From NCBI GenBank assembly GCA_964512655.1, contig CAZEJT010000011.1, positions 2,848-66,847 of the forward strand: 64,000 nucleotides of DNA, written 5' to 3'. Below, one piece after another: positions 62,401 to 64,000 of the stretch; within the stretch, counting starts at the first letter, position 1; the number at the start of each line of letters is the position of its first letter. The translations under genes and the position numbers were made by a program. Below the pieces are notes generated by a model that worked only from the letters and a program-made list of their open reading frames with translations, searched no databases and had not been told where the DNA came from. This stretch comes from an uncultured Chlorobiaceae bacterium. Lineage in GTDB: Bacteria > Bacteroidota > Ignavibacteria > UBA10030 > SZUA-254.

Positions 62401-63529
62401 CCAGATCGTAGAAAACTCCTTCCGGATTGATGATCATGGAGCCGGAACTGATCGGCGCACTGGTGAGGCTGTCGCGCACGACTCCTTCAATACCCGCCGT
62501 GGCGTTCGAGAGCTTGTACACTCCATTGGCGCCGAAATCGCCGACCGTCGCACCCGCATAGAGGTTGGTGGTGTCGATCGGGTCCATATGGAGGTTCCAG
62601 ATCGCGTCGTTAAAGTCAAATCCCCGTTTCAGCTGCGTCCAGGTTGTCCCGGCGTCGGTCGTACGCCAGACCCCGGCGGGGTAATCGTCAAACGATCCCG
62701 CCCAGATGGTCGAAGGATTTTGGGGATTTATTTCGAGAGACCACATCGACCTATTGCCGAGGCCTCCCAGCAGCGACCAGTGCTCGCCTCCGTCAGTAGT
62801 TTTCCAGACGCCCGTGGCGGATACGGTCCCAGCGAACGCCGTGGCGTAGGCGATCTGAGGATTGGAGGGGTCAATGACGATTTTGGGAATCTCGGATGAG
62901 CCGCCCGGCTTCACCAGGTGCCAGGTCTGCCCCTGATTCGTCGATTTCGAAATCTGACCGTTTCCCGACCCCGCCAGGAGGATATCGGCGCTGTCAGGCC
63001 TCACCGCGAGCCCGCAGAGGCCCGTAGAGCCGGCGTGCCCTTTCAAGGTCCACGTAGCCCCCCTGTCTGTGGAGCGGAAGATCGCCGCGTCGCTGAAGTT
63101 TCCCGCATACACGGTGTCCGGGTGACTGGGATCGTAACTGACCGACTCGCCGTCAATCCCGTACGTGCTGATCACCGTCGTCCAGGTTGTTCCCCCGTTC
63201 GTGGTTCTCCTCAGCCCGTTCGAGAAATCGACCGCGAGCATGGTCAGTGTGTCCTTGGGGAGGACAAGGATTTCGCGGAGCTGGAACGGAAGAACCGGGG
63301 CCAATTGGGTCCAGCTGGTTCCCCTGTTACGGGATACCCAGATGCGTGCGTCGTTTCCCTGGGCGAAGATCGTGTTCGGATTGATCGGGTTGACGCCGAC
63401 GCAAAGCCCCTGGCCGTTGAAAACCTTTTTCCAGACGCTGAACTGGGAGTGCGAGACGGTAGGAAGGCTGAGCGTGAGAAGCATCGCGGATGCGACCAGA
63501 ACGCGGTAAAATGATCTCATGGTACTCAT
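59450..63529 (-). CDS. Large T9SS-secreted protein: BNR propeller, SdrD-B-like, Ig-like, FG-GAP repeats, sorting domain
   Basis: SxDxGxTW Asp-boxes, GDVYNDLNTNGVRDGGEPGL, repeated D(L/I/M)xxDGxxD motifs, LDQNYPNPFNP...RKLVLMR. Start at 63529 or 63520. Confidence 0.92.
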   Translation of the reverse strand: MSTMRSFYRVLVASAMLLTLSLPTVSHSQFSVWKKVFNGQGLCVGVNPINPNTIFAQGNDARIWVSRNRGTSWTQLAPVLPFQLREILVLPKDTLTMLAVDFSNGLRRTTNGGTTWTTVISTYGIDGESVSYDPSHPDTVYAGNFSDAAIFRSTDRGATWTLKGHAGSTGLCGLAVRPDSADILLAGSGNGQISKSTNQGQTWHLVKPGGSSEIPKIVIDPSNPQIAYATAFAGTVSATGVWKTTDGGEHWSLLGGLGNRSMWSLEINPQNPSTIWAGSFDDYPAGVWRTTDAGTTWTQLKRGFDFNDAIWNLHMDPIDTTNLYAGATVGDFGANGVYKLSNATAGIEGVVRDSLTSAPISSGSMIINPEGVFYDLGATGGAFGFYRFDGDTNTTVTASVTINSQLFRVQSLALINDSIQQKDVLVQPGKIEGDVYNDLNTNGVRDGGEPGLFNWTILITGQITATVHSDVNGHYVVNDLFPGSYTIAEQTKLGWVQTAPVSPATYTVGISNATRFYTGKDFGNRIAHHVTTTVPLANANNVPGSTTIQAAFDTAMDETTFKDTSSWVVSGSMSGLHRGVFLFGPGDSSVRFTPNNSFRVGEVVTLVASNRLKGSGGSPFTPFVMAFTIIVPPSTGTFLPKTDYNVGSGPWSVAIADMNGDGSMDIVAAVPGPSNVAVLLNNGNGTFAAAVTYSTGLNPRSVALGDIDNDGDIDVVTANNGFTNVTVLKNNGDGTLGGRVDYSAGGNPSAATLADIDGDGYLDIVVTNGGANQVAVLINDGAGNFSAPHPYGAGIAPYWSAVADMNRDGGLDVVAGNSLASSTVSILTNIGAGKVSLTSSSAAGGFLRFVGAADFTNDRRMDFFALNSSTNGITVYRQDTLGNFPTRTDVTTGNGPWGGATGDLDGDGYLDVITANATGNNISVMKSTGGTGFTRTDYNAGQVPRGVAAGDLDGDGDLDLVVANSGDGTVSVFLNSIIIQGLTGWNLVSVPVTGVNLAKTALFPNAVSRAFAYEGGYTVKDTLKNGVGYWVKIDTARPLGFNGKKVLTDTLNLSLGWNLIGSLATSVSAGSIVTSPSNILSSPYFGYNGAYVVAGTLDPGNGYWVKLKASGSLMLNAAPSQQPKAAGKNELGMFNSLTIEDSKARTQTLYFSSNPEARAAVSRYDVPPLPPEGSFDVRFATQRLAEAAASEPAGRQSFRIDVTGGSYPLKATWNLKDGETFMWTIVTGGSTTNLGQHGTLVVSEPAAGSSAALYLNAIASGRPLVPHEFSLDQNYPNPFNPSTEIGYQIASAGHALLTVHDVLGREVARLVDEDRGAGYYSARWNASEVASGVYYARLSVTSIAGAPLYESTRKLVLMR

Positions 63530-63574
63530 AAAAAATGGTGGAGAACTGCGGATTCCGCTTGTCGGACTGATAAT

Positions 63575-63603
63575 AATGTACCACAAAAGGGTTAGAAGGT
63601 CAA
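63575..63603 (-). promoter_or_regulatory. Sigma70 promoter
   Basis: TTGACC-N17-TACATT with an extended TG. It overlaps the ORF-track start at 63586, which argues for the later start. Confidence 0.65.
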
Positions 63604-63622
63604 CCCCTTTTTGCGGGATTTC

Positions 63623-64000
63623 CTAGTTTTTTCCCTGTAGAACGGGGGCGGGACCGAGCACGTCGTCGACCGTCAGGTTCCTGAGAGGACCCAGGCCGAG
63701 CGCCGTAACCCCCTGCTCAACCTGCTTCCTGTCGCCGACGACCACGATTGCTACCTTCTCGGGGTCGAGGTACTTGCGGGCCACGCGCAGGACATCGTCC
63801 TTCGAGACGGCCCGGATATGGGAACTGTAATCGTTGAAGTAGTCATCGGGGAGATGGTAGAGGAAGGTATCGAGCAACTGGCCGGCAATCTGCGAGACCG
63901 ACTGGAAATTCTCGGGATAACGGAGCACAAGGTAGTTTTCGGCCCTCGTCAGCTCTTCATCGGAAACCGGATCGAGGATCCCCTTCAGTTCCTTCATGAA
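63623..64000 (-). CDS. M16 (pitrilysin) family peptidase, C-terminal end; begins beyond the window
   Basis: VSDEELTRAENYL...IRAVSKDDVLRVARKYLDPEKVAIVVVGD. Confidence 0.85.
   Translation of the reverse strand, partial: FMKELKGILDPVSDEELTRAENYLVLRYPENFQSVSQIAGQLLDTFLYHLPDDYFNDYSSHIRAVSKDDVLRVARKYLDPEKVAIVVVGDRKQVEQGVTALGLGPLRNLTVDDVLGPAPVLQGKN

Overview
GC-rich bacterial chromosome segment, most consistent with the Ignavibacteria/Bacteroidota-Chlorobi lineage (inferred from the LpxC-FabZ fusion, Bacteroidetes-type sdhCAB and three T9SS C-terminal sorting domains). Core genes: ligA, rodZ-like, tRNA-Pro(GGG), acpS, sdhCAB, ftsX, recR/ybaB and a long uppS-bamA-skp-skp-lpxD-lpxC/fabZ-lpxA-lipoate ligase-panB-surE operon. 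Accessory content: tandem GT-C/TPR membrane glycosyltransferases, a Cyc2-like heme-porin fusion followed by a monoheme cytochrome and an Asp-to-Glu pseudo-receiver, a T9SS cargo made of four copies of an uncharacterised domain, a phosphatase pair, and a PP2C-HerA pair. The clearest unexplained pattern is a family of about 15 GTAG-type REP hairpins that all point the same way on the + strand. They form mosaics with two other small palindromic families, and several are translated in frame inside genes. No CRISPR array, prophage or transposase was seen. All calls come from reading the sequence; no database searches were run.
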